Of a stretch of 64,000 bases of DNA, positions 36,950 to 52,400 are shown one piece after another. Position numbers and translations under genes: made by a program. This stretch comes from Macrostomum lignano. Its lineage: Eukaryota. The notes under the pieces are model-generated. The model was not told where the DNA came from. It saw nothing but the letters and a program-made list of their open reading frames with translations, and did not search any database. Each line of letters begins with the position of its first letter. Position 1 is the stretch's first letter. The stretch is taken from the NCBI GenBank assembly GCA_002269645.1, contig NIVC01000838.1, positions 310,001-374,000 on the forward strand, written 5' to 3'.

Positions 36950-37820
36950 GAGGCATTAATTATCTATGTGAAGCACTGATTATCTATGTGAAGCACTGAT
37001 TATCTATGTGAAGCATTGATTATCTATGTGAAGCATTGATTATCTATGTGAAGTATTGATTATCTATGTGAAGTATTAATTATCTATGTGAAGCATTGAT
37101 TATCTATGTGAAGCATTGATTATCTGTGTGAAGCATTGATTATATATGTGAAGCATTGATTATCTATGTGAAGCATTGATTATCTATGTGAAGCATTGAT
37201 TATCTGTGTGAAGCATTGATTATATATGTGAAGCATTGATTATCTATGTGAAGCATTGATTATCTATGTGAAGCATTGATTATCTATGTGAAGCATTGAT
37301 CATCTAAGTGAAGCATTGATTATCTATGTGAAGCATTGATCATCTATGTGAAGCATTGATTATCTATGTGAAGCATTGATTATCTATGTGGAGCATTGAT
37401 TATCTATGTGAAGCTTTGTTTGTCTATGTGAAGCTTTGTTTATGTGAAGCTTTTTTGAGCTATATGAAGCTTTGCTGAGCTATGTGAAGCTTTGCTGAGC
37501 TGTGTGAAGCTTTGCTGAGCTGTGTGAAGCTTTGCTGAGCTGTGTGAAGCTTTGCTGAGCTGTGTGAAGCTTTGCTGAGCTGTGTGAAGCTTTGCTGAGC
37601 TATGTGAAGCTTTGCTGAGCTATGTGAAGCTTTGCTGAGCTGTGTAAAGCTTTGCTGAGCTATGTGAAGCTTTGCTGAGCTGTGTGAAGCTTTGCTGAGC
37701 TATGTGAAGCTTTGCTGAGCTGTGTGAAGCTTTGCTGAGCTATGTGAAGCTTTGCTGAGCTATTTGAAGCTTTGCTGAGCTATGTGAAGCTTTGCTGAGC
37801 TATGTGAAGCTTTGCTGAGC
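36950..37820 (+). repeat. Two abutting 20-bp minisatellites: TGATTATCTATGTGAAGCAT (~36950-37430) and TATGTGAAGCTTTGCTGAGC (~37430-37820)
   Basis: Shared core TATGTGAAGC; together they fill the intron. Confidence 0.95.
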
Positions 37821-37858
37821 TTCAAAGAACCATATGAATCCATCGCGGCACTGGTTAC

Positions 37859-37969
37859 CTCGCTAACAAAAACTTCAGTCGGAGATTCCGAACTGCCGCC
37901 GTCCATCGAGCTGTAGCACAGGGTCAGGCCGAGCTTCTCAGCGGCCGAGCTGCGGCACAGGACGACCTC
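37859..37969 (-). CDS. PDZRN-family exon: first half of PDZ-B
   Basis: EVVLCRSSAAEKLGLTLCYS..EVFVSE vs [26 protein letters not shown]; phase 0-0. Confidence 0.92.
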
Positions 37970-38051
37970 CTGTAGGTGCACAGGTTATTCATGATGTGTG
38001 CTGCAAGCAATATTGCACCCAGCACCCAATAATATTTATTCGCAGCCTCAC

Positions 38052-38127
38052 CTCGTAGTCGAATTCGTCATCAACATTGTTGTAAAATTCATCATCCTCT
38101 GCGTCTGGGGTCTTCGCCTCGCTGGAA
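38052..38127 (-). CDS. PDZRN-family exon: acidic linker
   Basis: TTTCAG|T..DDEFDYE|GTGAG; phase 2-0 links the flanking exons. Confidence 0.82.
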
Positions 38128-38154
38128 CTGAAAGTAGGCAGACCAATTTTACAG

Positions 38155-39719
<1,565 letters not shown>

Positions 39720-39732
39720 GCCAGCTTCTCAC

Positions 39733-40127
39733 CTGCTGGCCTGAGTGAACAGTCCGCAGCGCATCAGCTGGGCTGGGAACGGCGGCACCGGCGGTGGCGT
39801 TAGCTGCGGCGGAGCGACGTGCTGCAGGCTGGTCGTGGGGCACCTGGCCTGAGCAGCAGGCGGCTGACTGCGCTGCGATGTTGGCAGTCGGCAGCAGGGC
39901 GCCGCTTCTCCATCAGCCGGCTGTGGCACTCTGGGCAGCGGCTTCGTTGGCGGCGGTGGAATCATTGTGGGGCCGCCGACCGTCGCCTGCCGGTGCATGG
40001 TCGCCGTCGTCGTCTGCTGGTTCAACGCCGACTGGCGCACCACCTGGACGATGATTGGCTCCTTGGCCTGGCGGAAGGCCTCCACGGCTTCATTGTGACT
40101 GGCGCCGCTGAGGTCGAGGCCGTTTAC
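39733..40127 (-). CDS. PDZRN-family exon: C-terminal part of PDZ-A plus Pro-rich linker
   Basis: [31 protein letters not shown] vs [31 protein letters not shown]; phase 0-2. Confidence 0.92.
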
Positions 40128-40137
40128 CTGCAATGAT

Positions 40138-41345
40138 TTGTGTAGTTTAGGGTTTGTGGAGTTTAGGGTTTGTGGAGTTTAGGGTTTGTGTAGTTTAGGG
40201 TTTGTGTCGTTTAGGGTTTGTGTAGTTTAGGGTTTGTGTAGTTTAGGGTTTGTGTCGTTTAGGGTTTGTGCATTTTAGTGCTTGTGTAGTTTAGGGTTTG
40301 TGTCGTTTGGCGTTTGTGTAGTTTAGGGTTTGTGTAGTTTAGGGTTTGTTTCGTTTGGGGTTTGTGTAGTTTGGGGTTTGTGTAGTTTAGGGTTTGTGGA
40401 GTTTAAGGTTTCTGTAGTTTAGGGTTTGTGGAGTTTAGGGTTTGTGTAGTTAAGGGTTTGTGTAGTTTAGGGTTTGTGTAGTTTAGGGTTTGTGTAGTTT
40501 AGGGTTTGTGTCGTTTAGGGTTTGTGTAGTTTAGGGTTTGTGTAGTTTAGTGTTTGTGTCGTTTAGGGTTTATGTAGTTTAGGGTTTGTGTAGTTTAGGG
40601 TTTGTGTCGTTTAGGGTTTGTGTAGTTTAGGGTTTGTGTAGTTTAGTGTTTGTGTCGTTTAGGGTTTGTGTAGTTTAGGGTTTGTGTAGTTTAGGCTTTG
40701 TGTAGTTTAGGCTTTGTGTCGTTTGGGGTTTGTGTAGTTTAGGGTTTGTGTAGTTTAGGGTTTGTTTAGTTTGGGGTTTGTGTAGTTTAGGGTTTGTGGA
40801 GTTTAAGGTTTCTGTAGTTTAGGGTTTGTGGAATTTAGGGTTTGTGTAGTTAAGGGTTTGTGTAGTTTAGGGTTTGTGTAGTTTAGGGTTTGTGTAGTTT
40901 AGGGTTTGTGTAGTTTAGGGTTTGTGTCGTTTAGGGTTTGTGTAGTTTAGGGTTTGTGTAGTTTAGTGTTTGTGTCGTTTAGGGTTTGTGTAGTTTAGGG
41001 TTTGTGTAGTTTAGGGTTTGTGTCGTTTAGGGTTTGTGTAGTTTAGGGTTTGTGTAGTTTAGTGTTTGTGTCGTTTAGGGTTTGTGTAGTTTAGGGTTTG
41101 TGTAGTTTAGGCTTTGTGTAGTTTAGGCTTTGTGTCGTTTGGGGTTTGTGTAGTTTAGGGTTTGTGTAGTTTAGGGTTTGTTTAGTTTGGGGTTTGTGTA
41201 GTTTAGGGTTTGTGGAGTTTAAGGTTTCTGTAGTTTAGGGTTTGTGGAATTTAGGGTTTGTGTAGTTAAGGGTTTGTGTAGTTTAGGGTTTGTGTAGTTT
41301 AGGGTTTGTGTAGTTAAGGGTTTGTGTAGTTTGGGGCTTGTGAAA
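40138..41345 (-). repeat. 16-bp telomere-like minisatellite GTTTAGGGTTTGTGTA (same family as 2030-3860, inverted)
   Basis: Tandem array; a rare variant recurs at 40401, 40801 and 41217. Confidence 0.96.
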
Positions 41346-42839
41346 GCTTTGATTTGAAAAGTCCAAGGAATTTGAAGTTCAAGAAAGTCTGGGAAAGTTA
41401 AACCTCAAAGTTAAAATTAATCTGCTGCACTGAAACCCCTGCAGATGCTCAATCAGACTCAGGATGGGGAGGCCAACCAGCGGTCCTTGAGTCATGGCAG
41501 ATTAGAGCACCACTTGATTTACAACCTGCTTCTCTACCCCTAAACAACTGCTCGCTTCCCAACGTATTTTTTATCCGCATTCAGATCCCATCTCAGAGCC
41601 ATGAGCAGCGGAATGAATAATTGAGGAATCTTGTCTTAATCGGATTGGGACTGAGCAGTGTGGCCTCTGCAGTAGAGGCAATAGCTCATACAGCTCGTAG
41701 TTGCTATCTGTTGTCTGTCTTGCACAGACTCGAGACTGATAAACGAGTAATGTGAAATAATGCGAGTTTGTGCGCTAGCGAGGGTCGAAAGCAGTTTTTT
41801 TAAAAACGCCCAGTTCTTTGAGTACTTTTCCATGCTGGCATGGGAGGCATTGCTGGCTTGCGAGTGTTGACTCAGCGCTCACCCATGGGCGACTGGGACC
41901 GCCAGATGTAGAGAAAGTGAGAGTTATGAAAAAAGCCCCGAATTTTGCATAGATAATATTAACACGCGTCTCATTTCATTTCTTTTTTCAGTCTAAATTT
42001 TGCCCTACCTTTGCCCGCATAGCTGACAAGTCTGAGACTAAATTTAGCAGTTCAAAACTGAGCGACTCAAATAGGACTCAAAAGATAGATGGATAGCTGA
42101 GATGGATGGATGACAGAGCAAACGCCCTATGACAGCTATATAAGCTTGATGGGTCGTTAAGAATGGCACCCGCAATGCAGCAGTAGCTCGTAAGTCGGTG
42201 TATTGAGAGACCCCCGTTAAGTGCGTGGGAGGCGAGACAAAGCCCAGCTTCGGAGCTTCGAAACTTCGAAAGCCCCCTGGCGGGGGGGAGGCTTTTGTAT
42301 TGGTCCTGCTCAAACTCAAGCAGCCTGCGGCTTGAGAGTGGTATTGTGCCTTTTTTCTTTCAAACCCGGTTCGGCTGTCCAACACCCCCACTACTAGAGA
42401 GGGCAGACTGCCTAGTCAATCGAGGACACCCAATTTCAAGCCGGTGCGAGCAGCTGAGACCTCGGGAGAGAAAGTCTGACTCGAATCTGGGGAATACCTC
42501 ATCTAATTGGCTGTCCGCCCACGCACTTGGCTGGCCCCAGAATCCGATGAGGTTCAATGGGGAGGGGGTTTCTTCTTCTAGCTGGTGCAGCCTAACTGGG
42601 TGCAAGAGCGAAGGGGATTCTGGGCAGGTAGTCGGTGGGTTGCTGCTGTTGCTGCCAAAATCAGGTTGGCCACGTATTTTCCTGGTACTTGCTTACTAAT
42701 GTGCTGTTTATTCTTGTCTGGTGTATTTGTGTGTCCTATCTCATAGCATCGGGTTCATTGTGTCTGCCTTGGTGGCTCTCTTGGTGTCTTTGGTGTCTTA
42801 ATGGTTTTTTTATTAATCTGAAGTCACGTCTTATTGTCT

Positions 42840-43890
42840 GCATAAGTGTCTTATTAGTGTCTGTATTAGTGTCTTGGTTTCTGCATTAGTGTCTGCAATA
42901 GTGTCTGTATTAGTGTCTTTATTAGTGTCTTAGTATCTGCATTAGTGTCTGCATTAGTGTCTGTATTATTGTCTTATTAGTGTCTGTATTAGTGTCTTGG
43001 TTTCTGCATTAGTGTCTGCATTAGTGTCTGTATTAGTGTCTTATTAGTGTCTGTATTAGTGTCTTGGTTTCTGCATTAGTGTCTGCATTAGTGTCTGTAT
43101 TAGTATCTGCATTAGTGTCTGTATTAGTGTCTTGGTTTCTGCATTAGTGTCTGCAATAGTGTCTTTATTAGTGTCTTAGTATCTGCATTAGTGTTTGTAT
43201 TAGTGTCTTATTAGTGTCTGTATTAGTGTCTTGGTTTCTGCATTAGTGTCTGCAATAGTGTCTTTATTAGTGTCTTAGTGTCTGCATTAGTGTCTGTATT
43301 AGTGTCTTATTAGTGTCTGTATTAGTGTCTTATTAGTGTACATGTATTACTGGTATCTGCATTAGTGTCTGTATTAGTCTTTATTAGTGTCTTAGTATCT
43401 GCATTAGTGTCTGTATTAGTGTCTTATTAGTGTCTGTATTAGTGTCTTATTAGTGTCTGTATTAGTGTCTTATTAGTGTCTGTATTAGTGTCTTATTAGT
43501 GTACATGTATTACTGGTATCTGCATTAGTGTCTGTATTAGTCTTTATTAGTGTCTTAGTATCTGCATTAGTGTCTGTATTAGTGTCTTATTAGTGTCTGT
43601 ATTAGTGTCTTTATTAGTGTCTTAGTGTCTGCATTAGTGTCTGTATTAGTGTCTTATTAGTGTCTGCATTAGTGTCTGTATTAGTGTCTAATTAGTGTCT
43701 GCATTAGTGTCTGTATTAGTGTCTTATTAGTGTATTATTAGTATCTTATTAGTGTCTTACTGTTTGCATTAGTGTCTGCATTAGTGTCTGCATTAGTGTC
43801 TGTATTAGTGTCTTAGTGTCTGCAATAGTCTTATTAGTGTCTGTATTAGTGTCTTAATGTGTATTAGTGTCTACATTAGCATCTTAGTGT
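42840..43890 (+). repeat. 11-12-bp minisatellite ATTAGTGTCT(GC/GT/T)
   Basis: Tandem variants. Confidence 0.93.
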
Positions 43891-45294
43891 CGTAGTGCCT
43901 ACCTCAGTGGCCCCTTAGCGGACAGCCAGCCTGTCCGTCCTTCTTTTATCCACCTCTGCCCCGACATGCGGCACAATACCAGCGATAAACAATGGCCGAA
44001 TTCTAGGAATTCGCGAATAGTAAACAGAATCTGGCAGACTCCGATTGCAATCTGAATTCAAGCCCGGGCGCCTGTCAGTCATTCAGACTGAAACTGTTTG
44101 GTTAAAGTCTGTACAGATTGCCGGATTAAACCAGGGTCCACATCCGGGTATTGGCAGGTTTACATACTGGATATTAGCCAGACACCGCTCTACAATGCAC
44201 CTATAGATATCTATCAAGTTATCAAGCATTTAAAAAACTTTTAATGAAGCAAAAAAGGAGTCTTCCTGACAGACCATTGCAGTCTAACTATAATGACTAT
44301 AAATTCATGACACCCAAGAAGGCCATGGCGTTGGCTTCAGGCCTCAAATCAAGACTCGTTCACAGTTCCACATGTTGCGCAAAAGCCAGCGAAACAAACC
44401 TTCGTGGGTGGTGGCTGCTCGGCAAGTGTTACTATATCTTCTCCTGGAAGAAGAAGGAGGAGACCAACCCCCTTTCTGGATGGGCACTAAGAGTTGCTAC
44501 AGGCGGGCCTCTAATTTTATCGTCTCCTCTCTTTAGCCGCTATCAATAGTAATTTCCCAATATTTTATTGATTCCGTGTGCTAACTAACAGCCTCAGCCT
44601 AGGGTTGCTTTTGCGTTTGCTTGGGCTATGCCAGGATGGAGGGCAGCCGGTTCAGCTAGGCTGGATATTAGCGCTGACTCACCTTGGATCATAGATTCTC
44701 CATCCATCCCCCACAGATCCCTACACTATACGCTATATAGCCGTTGGGAAAATACCAACGCGCCAAAAAAAAATTTTTTTCAAGCGATTCACCTCTCCCT
44801 ACCCCCTCAGCGGCCCGGGCGATCTACCATGGCGTAACCGGCATCATCATCGAAGGCCCGCCCCCAGCCTCCGTAGCAGCCTCTACGCGTCTGTCTCGCT
44901 ACCACTCGCTGGGGGGGGGGGCTACAGCTGGGGTTCGCAGGCAGCGGGCAAGGATTATATGCGTTTTTTCTCCGGCCTCCTCCCCAGCAGCTTCATCCCT
45001 CTTCGCCTCCACCTGCACCATTTTACAGCTTCAGAAGTCAGCCACGGCTCCAGACAGTCAGTCTGTTATCTGCGAGCCCGCCGCTGGCCCGACCTCCCCC
45101 CCCCAAGAGTTCCCCCTGAGGCGGCATCTGACCAGGCTCGCTACGCAAAGTCGACGTCGTTAGGGTTTTACAATAAGCCATGCTAATCCCGCAGGGCCTT
45201 TGCCTGGGCCTTTCTAAGTCAGAATGAAACTCTTGAATTAGTGCCAGACTGAGGGGCCAGGGCTACCCTCACGGGCTGCCGCAGACTCTTCTAA

Positions 45295-45670
45295 CTCCAC
45301 TCACTCTCCTCTCACTCTCCCCTCACTCTCCCCTCACTCTACCCTCACTCTCCCCTCACTCTACCTCACTCTACCGTCACTCTACCCTTACTCTACCCTC
45401 ACTCTACCCTCACTCTACCCTCACTCTCCCCTCACTTCTCCCTCACTTTCCATCACTCTCCCATCACTCCTCCCTCACTTTCCCCTCACTCTCCCCTAAC
45501 TCTAACCTCACTCTACCCTCACTTTCCCCTCACTCTCCCCTAACTCTAACCTCACTCTACCCTCACTTTCCCCTCACTCTCCCCTAACTCTAACCTCACT
45601 CTACCCTCACTTTCCCCTCACTCTCCCCTAACTCTAACCTCACTCTACCCTCACTTTACCCTCACTAGCT
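45295..45670 (+). repeat. ~13-bp minisatellite CTCACTCT(C/A)CC(C)T
   Basis: Tandem copies. Confidence 0.9.
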
Positions 45671-46789
45671 CTCCCTTACTCGCCCACATTCCCTCTTCAA
45701 ACTCTCTCCAATATCCACAAATGTTAAATTTTATAGTCCTAAGAAATTTATAGACGCAAAAATGGCTCACCTTGAGAATGACGAAGTCCATTTTGCTGCG
45801 GCAAATCAAAGACTTATTTCAATATCCAATTATTTATTTTCAAGATTTGCTATGCGTACGAATGTTTATTCCGTAGTGAAATATTTCATTGTCAAAAATT
45901 CACTTAATGTCGATTAAAAGCAGTTCAACAGGCGCACTTTCGCTGCGGTTCTTTCAATGTGGCAGCCAATGTCTGACGCGCTTCACTGGGCCGGTTTTAA
46001 ATGCAGACTGCTAACCCACAAAACTGGCCGTCCAATAGCGGGCAGCCTATTAAACCATTGCCAATATTCATACGCTTAGCGTCTACTGTCAGTAGCCAAT
46101 TAGCGAATATTAAATGCGCAATTTAAAAATTCTTTAATTTATAACGGGAAATTGGCTTTGAAAATTTCAGAATAAATTGTGCGTGGCGGAGAATAATTGC
46201 CGAATATGCTCCGCCCCCCGCGGCCCCCCGCTGAGACCACTTGCGTGAGCGGTATTGACATTTCCATTGATAGAGATTGAGCTCAGCTGGGTCTCTGGCG
46301 AGATAATGGACTGCGGCAAAGTCTGGCGCCCATTATAGCCAGGCAACTGTCTTATCTGACAAATCAAGACTTTCAGGCATTTATCAGCCAGTTCCAATCT
46401 ACGCCAGTGTCCCGCCTTGCTGAGCTGCTGACAGGGCAGCAATGCAAAAGCAGCCTTGCAGCGCCAAGCCTCAATTCCAATCTCTGCATTATTTGTCATT
46501 TAAATAGTCATTTCTTGGGACTTGGCTTTGCTTCGGCTGTCAGCGATCATAAATATAGATTTTAATTGAAGTTTCTCAGCCCCGCAGTTTTTCTGTCCAC
46601 AAATCCGGTGTGCAATGAATTCAATGGCCAGGGTTTATGGGATTGTCACCAGCTCTGGGCCCGCCTGCTTCCGCCTGCTTCAGTTCCCGTCTTAGTCCAC
46701 AGGTTCAGCTGGGCCTGAATTTGCTGCCTCTCTGCACACTCCGCTGCAATGGGGGACTGCTTCCCGTCCGACTCTCTTTTCTCTCCTCT

Positions 46790-48880
46790 TTGACTCTCCC
46801 CTTTGACTCTCCCCCTCTGACTCTCCCCCTCTGACTCTCCACTTTGACTCTCCCCTCTGACTCTCCCCTTTGACTCTCCCCTCTGACTCTCCCCTTTGAG
46901 TCTCCCCTTTGACTCTCCCCCTCTGACTCTCCCCTCTGACTCTCCCCCTTTGACTCTCCCCCTCTGACTCTCCCCTCTGACTCTCCCCTTTGACTCTCCC
47001 CCTCTGACTCTCCCCCTCTGACTCTCCCCTCTGACTCTCCCCTTTGAGTCTCCCCTTTGACTCTCCCCTTTGACTCTCCCCTTTGACTCTCCCCTTTGAC
47101 TCTCCCCTCTGACTCTCCCCTTTGAGTCTCCCCTTTGACTCTCCCCCTCTGACTCTCCCCTCTGACTCTCCCCCTTTGACTCTCCCCCTCTGACTCTCCC
47201 CTCTGACTCTCCCCCTCTGACTCTCCCCCTCTGACTCTCCCCCTCTGACTCTCCCCTTTGACTCTCCCCCTCTGACTCTCCCCCTCTGACTCTCCCCTCT
47301 GACTCTCCCCTTTGACTCTCCCCCTCTGACTCTCCCCCTCTGACTCTCCCCTCTGACTCTCCCCTTTGAGTCTCCCCTTTGAGTCTCCCCTTTGACTCTC
47401 CCCTTTGACTCTCCCCTTTGACTCTCCCCTTTGACTCTCCCCTTTGACTCTCCCCTTTGACTCTCCCCTCTGACTCTCCCCTTTGACTCTCCCCCTCTGA
47501 CTCTCCCCCTCTGACTCTCCCCCTCTGACTCTCCCCTCTGACTCTCCCCTTTGACTCTCCCCCTCTGACTCTCCACTTTGACTCTCCACTTTGACTCTCC
47601 CCTCTGACTCTCACCTTTGAGTCTCCCCTATGACTCTCCCCCTCTGACTCTCCCCCTCTGACTCTCCCCTCTGACTCTTCCCCTTTGACTCTCCCCTTTG
47701 ACTCTCCCCTTTGACTCTCCCCTTTGACTCTCCCCCTCTGACTCTCCCCCTCTGACTCTCCCCCTCTGACTCTCCCCCTCTGACTCTCCCCTTTGACTCT
47801 CCCCCTCTGACTCTCCCCCTCTGACTCTCCCCTCTGACTCTCCCCTTTGACTCTCCCCCTCTGACTCTCCCCCTCTGACTCTCCCCCTCTGACTCTCCCC
47901 CTCTGACTCTCCCCCTCTGACTCTCCCCTCTGACTCTCCCCTTTGAGTCTCCCCTTTGAGTCTCCCCTTTGACTCTCCCCTTTGACTCTCCACTTTGACT
48001 CTCCCCTTTGACTCTCCCCTTTGACTCTCCCCTTTGACTCTCCCCTTTGACTCTCCCCTCTGACTCTCCCCCTCTGACTCTCCCCTCTGACTCTCCCCCT
48101 CTGACTCTCCCCTCTGACTCTCCCCTTTGACTCTCCCCTTTGACTCTCCCCTTTGACTCTCCCCTTTGACTCTCCCCTTTGACTCTCCCCTTTGACTCTC
48201 CCCTTTGACTCTCCCCTTTGACTCTCCCCTTTGACTCTCCCCTCTGACTCTCCCCCTCTGACTCTCCCCCTCTGACTCTCCCCCTCTGACTCTCCCCTTT
48301 GACTCTCCCCCTCTGACTCTCCACTTTGACTCTCCCCTCTGACTCTCCCCTTTGAGTCTCCCCTTTGACTCTCCCCCTCTGACTCTCCCCTCTGACTCTC
48401 CCCTTTGACTCTCCCCCCTGACTTTCCCCCTCTGACTCTCCCCCTCTGACTCTCCCCCTCTGACTCTCCCCCTCTGACTCTCCCCTCTGACTCTCCCCTT
48501 TGACTCTCCCCCTCTGACTCTCCCCCTCTGACTCTCCCCTCTGACTCTCCCCTTTGAGTCTCCCCTTTGAGTCTCCCCTTTGACTCTCCCCTTTGACTCT
48601 CCCCTTTGACTCTCCCCTTTGACTCTCCCCTTTGACTCTCCCTTTGACTCTCCCCTTTGACTCTCCCCTTTGACTCTCCCCTTTGACTCTCCCCTCTGAC
48701 TCTCCCCTCTGACTCTCCCCTCTGACTCTCCCCTCTGACTCTCCCCTCTGACTCTCCCCCCTCTAACTTTACCCTCTGACTCTCCCCCCTCTAACTTTAC
48801 CCTCTGACTCTCCCCCTTCTAACTTTGCGCTCTGACTCTCCCCGCTCTGACTCTCCCCGCTCTGACTCTCCACTCTGACT
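46790..48880 (+). repeat. 13-14-bp minisatellite GACTCTCCCC(C)T(C/T)T
   Basis: ~2.1-kb array; source of the GES/RVR-repeat ORFs. Confidence 0.96.
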
Positions 48881-49429
48881 CCCCTTATAACTCTCTCCTT
48901 ACCTACCCCCCTACCTGCCCAGGTTCATACTTAACAGAAAATATCTGGAACGAGTGTATATAGCATTGTTATGAACTATTTACAGCTCTACTGAAGAAAA
49001 AAACAAATTAGAATACTGGCATTGACTCTCCGGTCTGATTTTCCCCTCTGACTCTCTGACTCTGACTCAAGTTATTGATCATAATTGCTGCTGTTTGGTA
49101 CAATAAAAGCCTTGCTATATGAACCATCAGTTTATAGGTACCGGTATGTTAGATTTCGAAACAAGTTCGACCAAAGTTCGAATAAAAAAACCAGCTCATA
49201 CGGTAGTTATGGACCACGCGCTATTCGAGTTTTATAACCCAAATCATGGCCCATATGCTCCCCCATATGCCCCTCCATAAACTGGTGAGGAAGGCTTGCT
49301 TCTTGGTTTTTGTGCGCCTAAACTGTGTTGGATGAACCTGAGTGAGCATCTCTGACTGCAACTTTGTTTCCGGCTAGGATTAGCTGAGTTGAATAAAATC
49401 TAGAATATGGGATAGCAATTATTAACAGA

Positions 49430-50195
49430 AGGGTGAAAGAGGAGGGTGAAAGGAGAGAAGGGAAAGAGTGAATGGAGAGAGTGAACGGAGAGAGTGAACG
49501 GAGAGAGTGAAGGGAGAGAGTGAAGGGAGACAGTGAAGGGAAAGAGTGAAGGGAGAGAGTGAAGGGAAAGAGTGAAGGGAGAGAGTGAAGCGAGAGAGTG
49601 AAGGGAGAGAGTGAAGGGAGAGAGTGAAGCGAGAGAGTGAAGGGAGAGAGTGAAAGGGGAGGGTGAAAGGAGAGAAGGGAAAGAGTGAAGCGAGAGAGTG
49701 AAGCGAGAGAGTGAAGGGAAAGAGTGAAGGGAGAGAGTGAAGGGAGAGAGTGAAGGGAGAGAGTGAAGGGAGAGAGTGAAGCGAGAGAGTGAAGGGAGAG
49801 AGTGAAAGGGGAGGGTGAAAGGAGAGAAGGGAAAGAGTGAAGCGAGAGAGTGAAGCGAGAGAGTGAAGGGAAAGAGTGAAGGGAAAGAGTGAAGGGAGAG
49901 AGTGAAGGGAGAGAGTGAAGGGAGAGAGTGAAGCGAGAGAGTGAAGGGAGAGAGTGAAAGGGAGGGTGAAAGGAGAGAAGGGAAAGAGTGAAGCGAGAGA
50001 TTGAAGCGAGAGAGTGAAGGGAAAGAGTGAAGGGAGAGAGTGAAGGGAGAGAGTGAAGGGAGAGAGTGAAGGGAGAGAGTGAAGGGAGAGAGTGAAGGGA
50101 GAGAGTGAAGGGAGAGAGTGAAGGGAGAGAGTGAAGCGAGAGAGTGAAGGGAGAGAGTGAAGGGTGAGAGTGAAGGGTGGGAGTGAAGGGTGAGA
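49430..50195 (+). repeat. 13-bp minisatellite GAGAGTGAAGGGA
   Basis: Tandem copies. Confidence 0.94.
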
Positions 50196-50754
50196 GCAGA
50201 CTTATCTTTCGCTCCGTATGTGGGCGGCTAGGAAACTGGGGTACAAAGGACAGATAAAGCACAGCGCCTCAACACTGCAAGGCCAGCAGCCAGCATTCCG
50301 ATTGTGAAATGCGATTTAATTTCGCAGTTTTTTTCGGCACAGAAACCAGCAGCAGCATCTGGCGGCCGTGTGCGCACTGGGAGGTGTCGGGGGGTCGGGG
50401 GGGAGGAGCTGGGTTGTCCAAACACGTCAGGGGGGGTTCTGACTGTGCTCGGCGCTTGTCCTCAATAATTCTGTCTCGATTTGGAGGGCCATTTCTTTGG
50501 CGGCAGGATCAAAGAGAATTAGGGGGGTGGGTAGGGAGAGATCGTGGCAGACCCGCAGCGTCTGGCGCATAAGAATTCTGGGTTTTGCTGTTTTCGGACG
50601 AAATTGATGGCATCTTGGAGAGGAGGCAGCAGTGCGGGCCATTGCTTCAGATCTCCAATTGGCTTTTCTTTTGCAGAGAGTCGAATTTACTCCAATAATG
50701 CAGAATTCGAAGGAAATTTACAACTTTGAAATGCCTGAGACAAAGTTGAGATGC

Positions 50755-51455
50755 GAGTGAGAGTGAAGGCTGAGAGTGAAGGCTGAGAGTGAAGGCTGAG
50801 AGTGAAGGCTGAGAGTGAAGGCTGAGAGTGAAGGCTGAGAGTGAAGGCTGAGAGTGAAGGCTGAGAATGAAGGCTGAGAGTGAAGGCTGAGAGTGAAGGC
50901 TGAGAGTGAAGGCTGAGAGTGAAGGCTGAGAGTGAAGGCTGAGAGTGAAGGCTGAGAGTGAAGGCTGAGAGTGAAGGCTGAGAGTGAAGGCTGAGAGTGA
51001 AGGCTGAGAGTGAAGGCTGAGAGTGAAAGCTGAGAGTGAAGGCTGAGAGTGAAGGCTGAGAGTGAAGGCTGAGAGTGAAGGCTGAGAATGAAGGCTGAGA
51101 ATGAAGGCTGAGAGTGAAGGCTGAGAGTGAAGGCTGAGAGTGAAGGCTGAGAATGAAGGCTGAGAATGAAGGCTGAGAGTGAAGGCTGAGAGTGAAGGCT
51201 GAGAATGAAGGCTGAGAGTGAAGGCTGAGAGTGAAAGCTGAGAGTGAAGGCTGAGAGTGAAGGCTGAGAGTGAAGGCTGAGAGTGAAGGCTGAGAGTGAA
51301 GGCTGAGAGTGAAGGCTGAGAATGAAGGCTGAGAGTGAAGGCTGAGAGTGAAGGCTGAGAATGAAGGCTGAGAGTGAAGGCTGAGAGTGAAAGCTGAGAG
51401 TGAAGGCTGAGAGTGAAGGCTGAGAGTGAAAGCTGAGAGTGAAGGCTGAGAGTGA
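50755..51455 (+). repeat. 13-bp minisatellite GAGAGTGAAGGCT
   Basis: Tandem copies; related to 49430-50195 and 52920-53143. Confidence 0.95.
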
Positions 51456-52109
51456 GTGCCGCTACATTTTCTATAAACAGAGTTAGCATTCCCCAGCCTT
51501 CAGCTGAACATTAGGATGTGTTTACTCCATTTCCAAGGATCTGTCCCAATTCCATTCTTCGCAAGGAATAATTATTTTTGCCGTAGAATACAGAGCGCAC
51601 TGGCAATGTAGCAAGAGTTTCAAACAAGCAAGACAAAGACCATTTCTTTCAGTTACCAGATGGAAAAAAAAAGACTTCCAAGCCTGCCTCGCCCTGCAAA
51701 ATGGGGCCATATACTGGTTGAACTACCCGATGTTATTGCTGCTAACTGCCCACCAGCGGTGACCTCGTTTGAGGAGACAGGATGAGATGAGACACCAAAA
51801 GCGGCCCCTCGTGAACTGTCACAACACAGCTACAGTCTGCACCGCCTTGTTGGGCCTCCCCACTCCTATTCGAGCAATTAAAATTGGAAGTTGCATAATA
51901 AAAATATATTTATTTCTGATCGTAAAAAAGCCGAGCCAAAGAAAAACCTGCCGTCTTCAGATTGCGACCTAATCGCCTTCCGTCACGGTGGCGGCTAAGA
52001 ACAAAGACTAAAATAATGAGGCACCCTGACTTCGGGTAGCGCCAAGTCCTTGTTCATTGTAAAGCATTTTGTGCCTCTCTGAGCAGCGCGACTCTCCTGC
52101 ACCTCTCTC

Positions 52110-52400
<291 letters not shown>

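Noticed and set aside
40138-41345. True telomere or chromosome end
   Set aside because: 16-bp composite unit lying inside an intron and flanked by exons of one gene.
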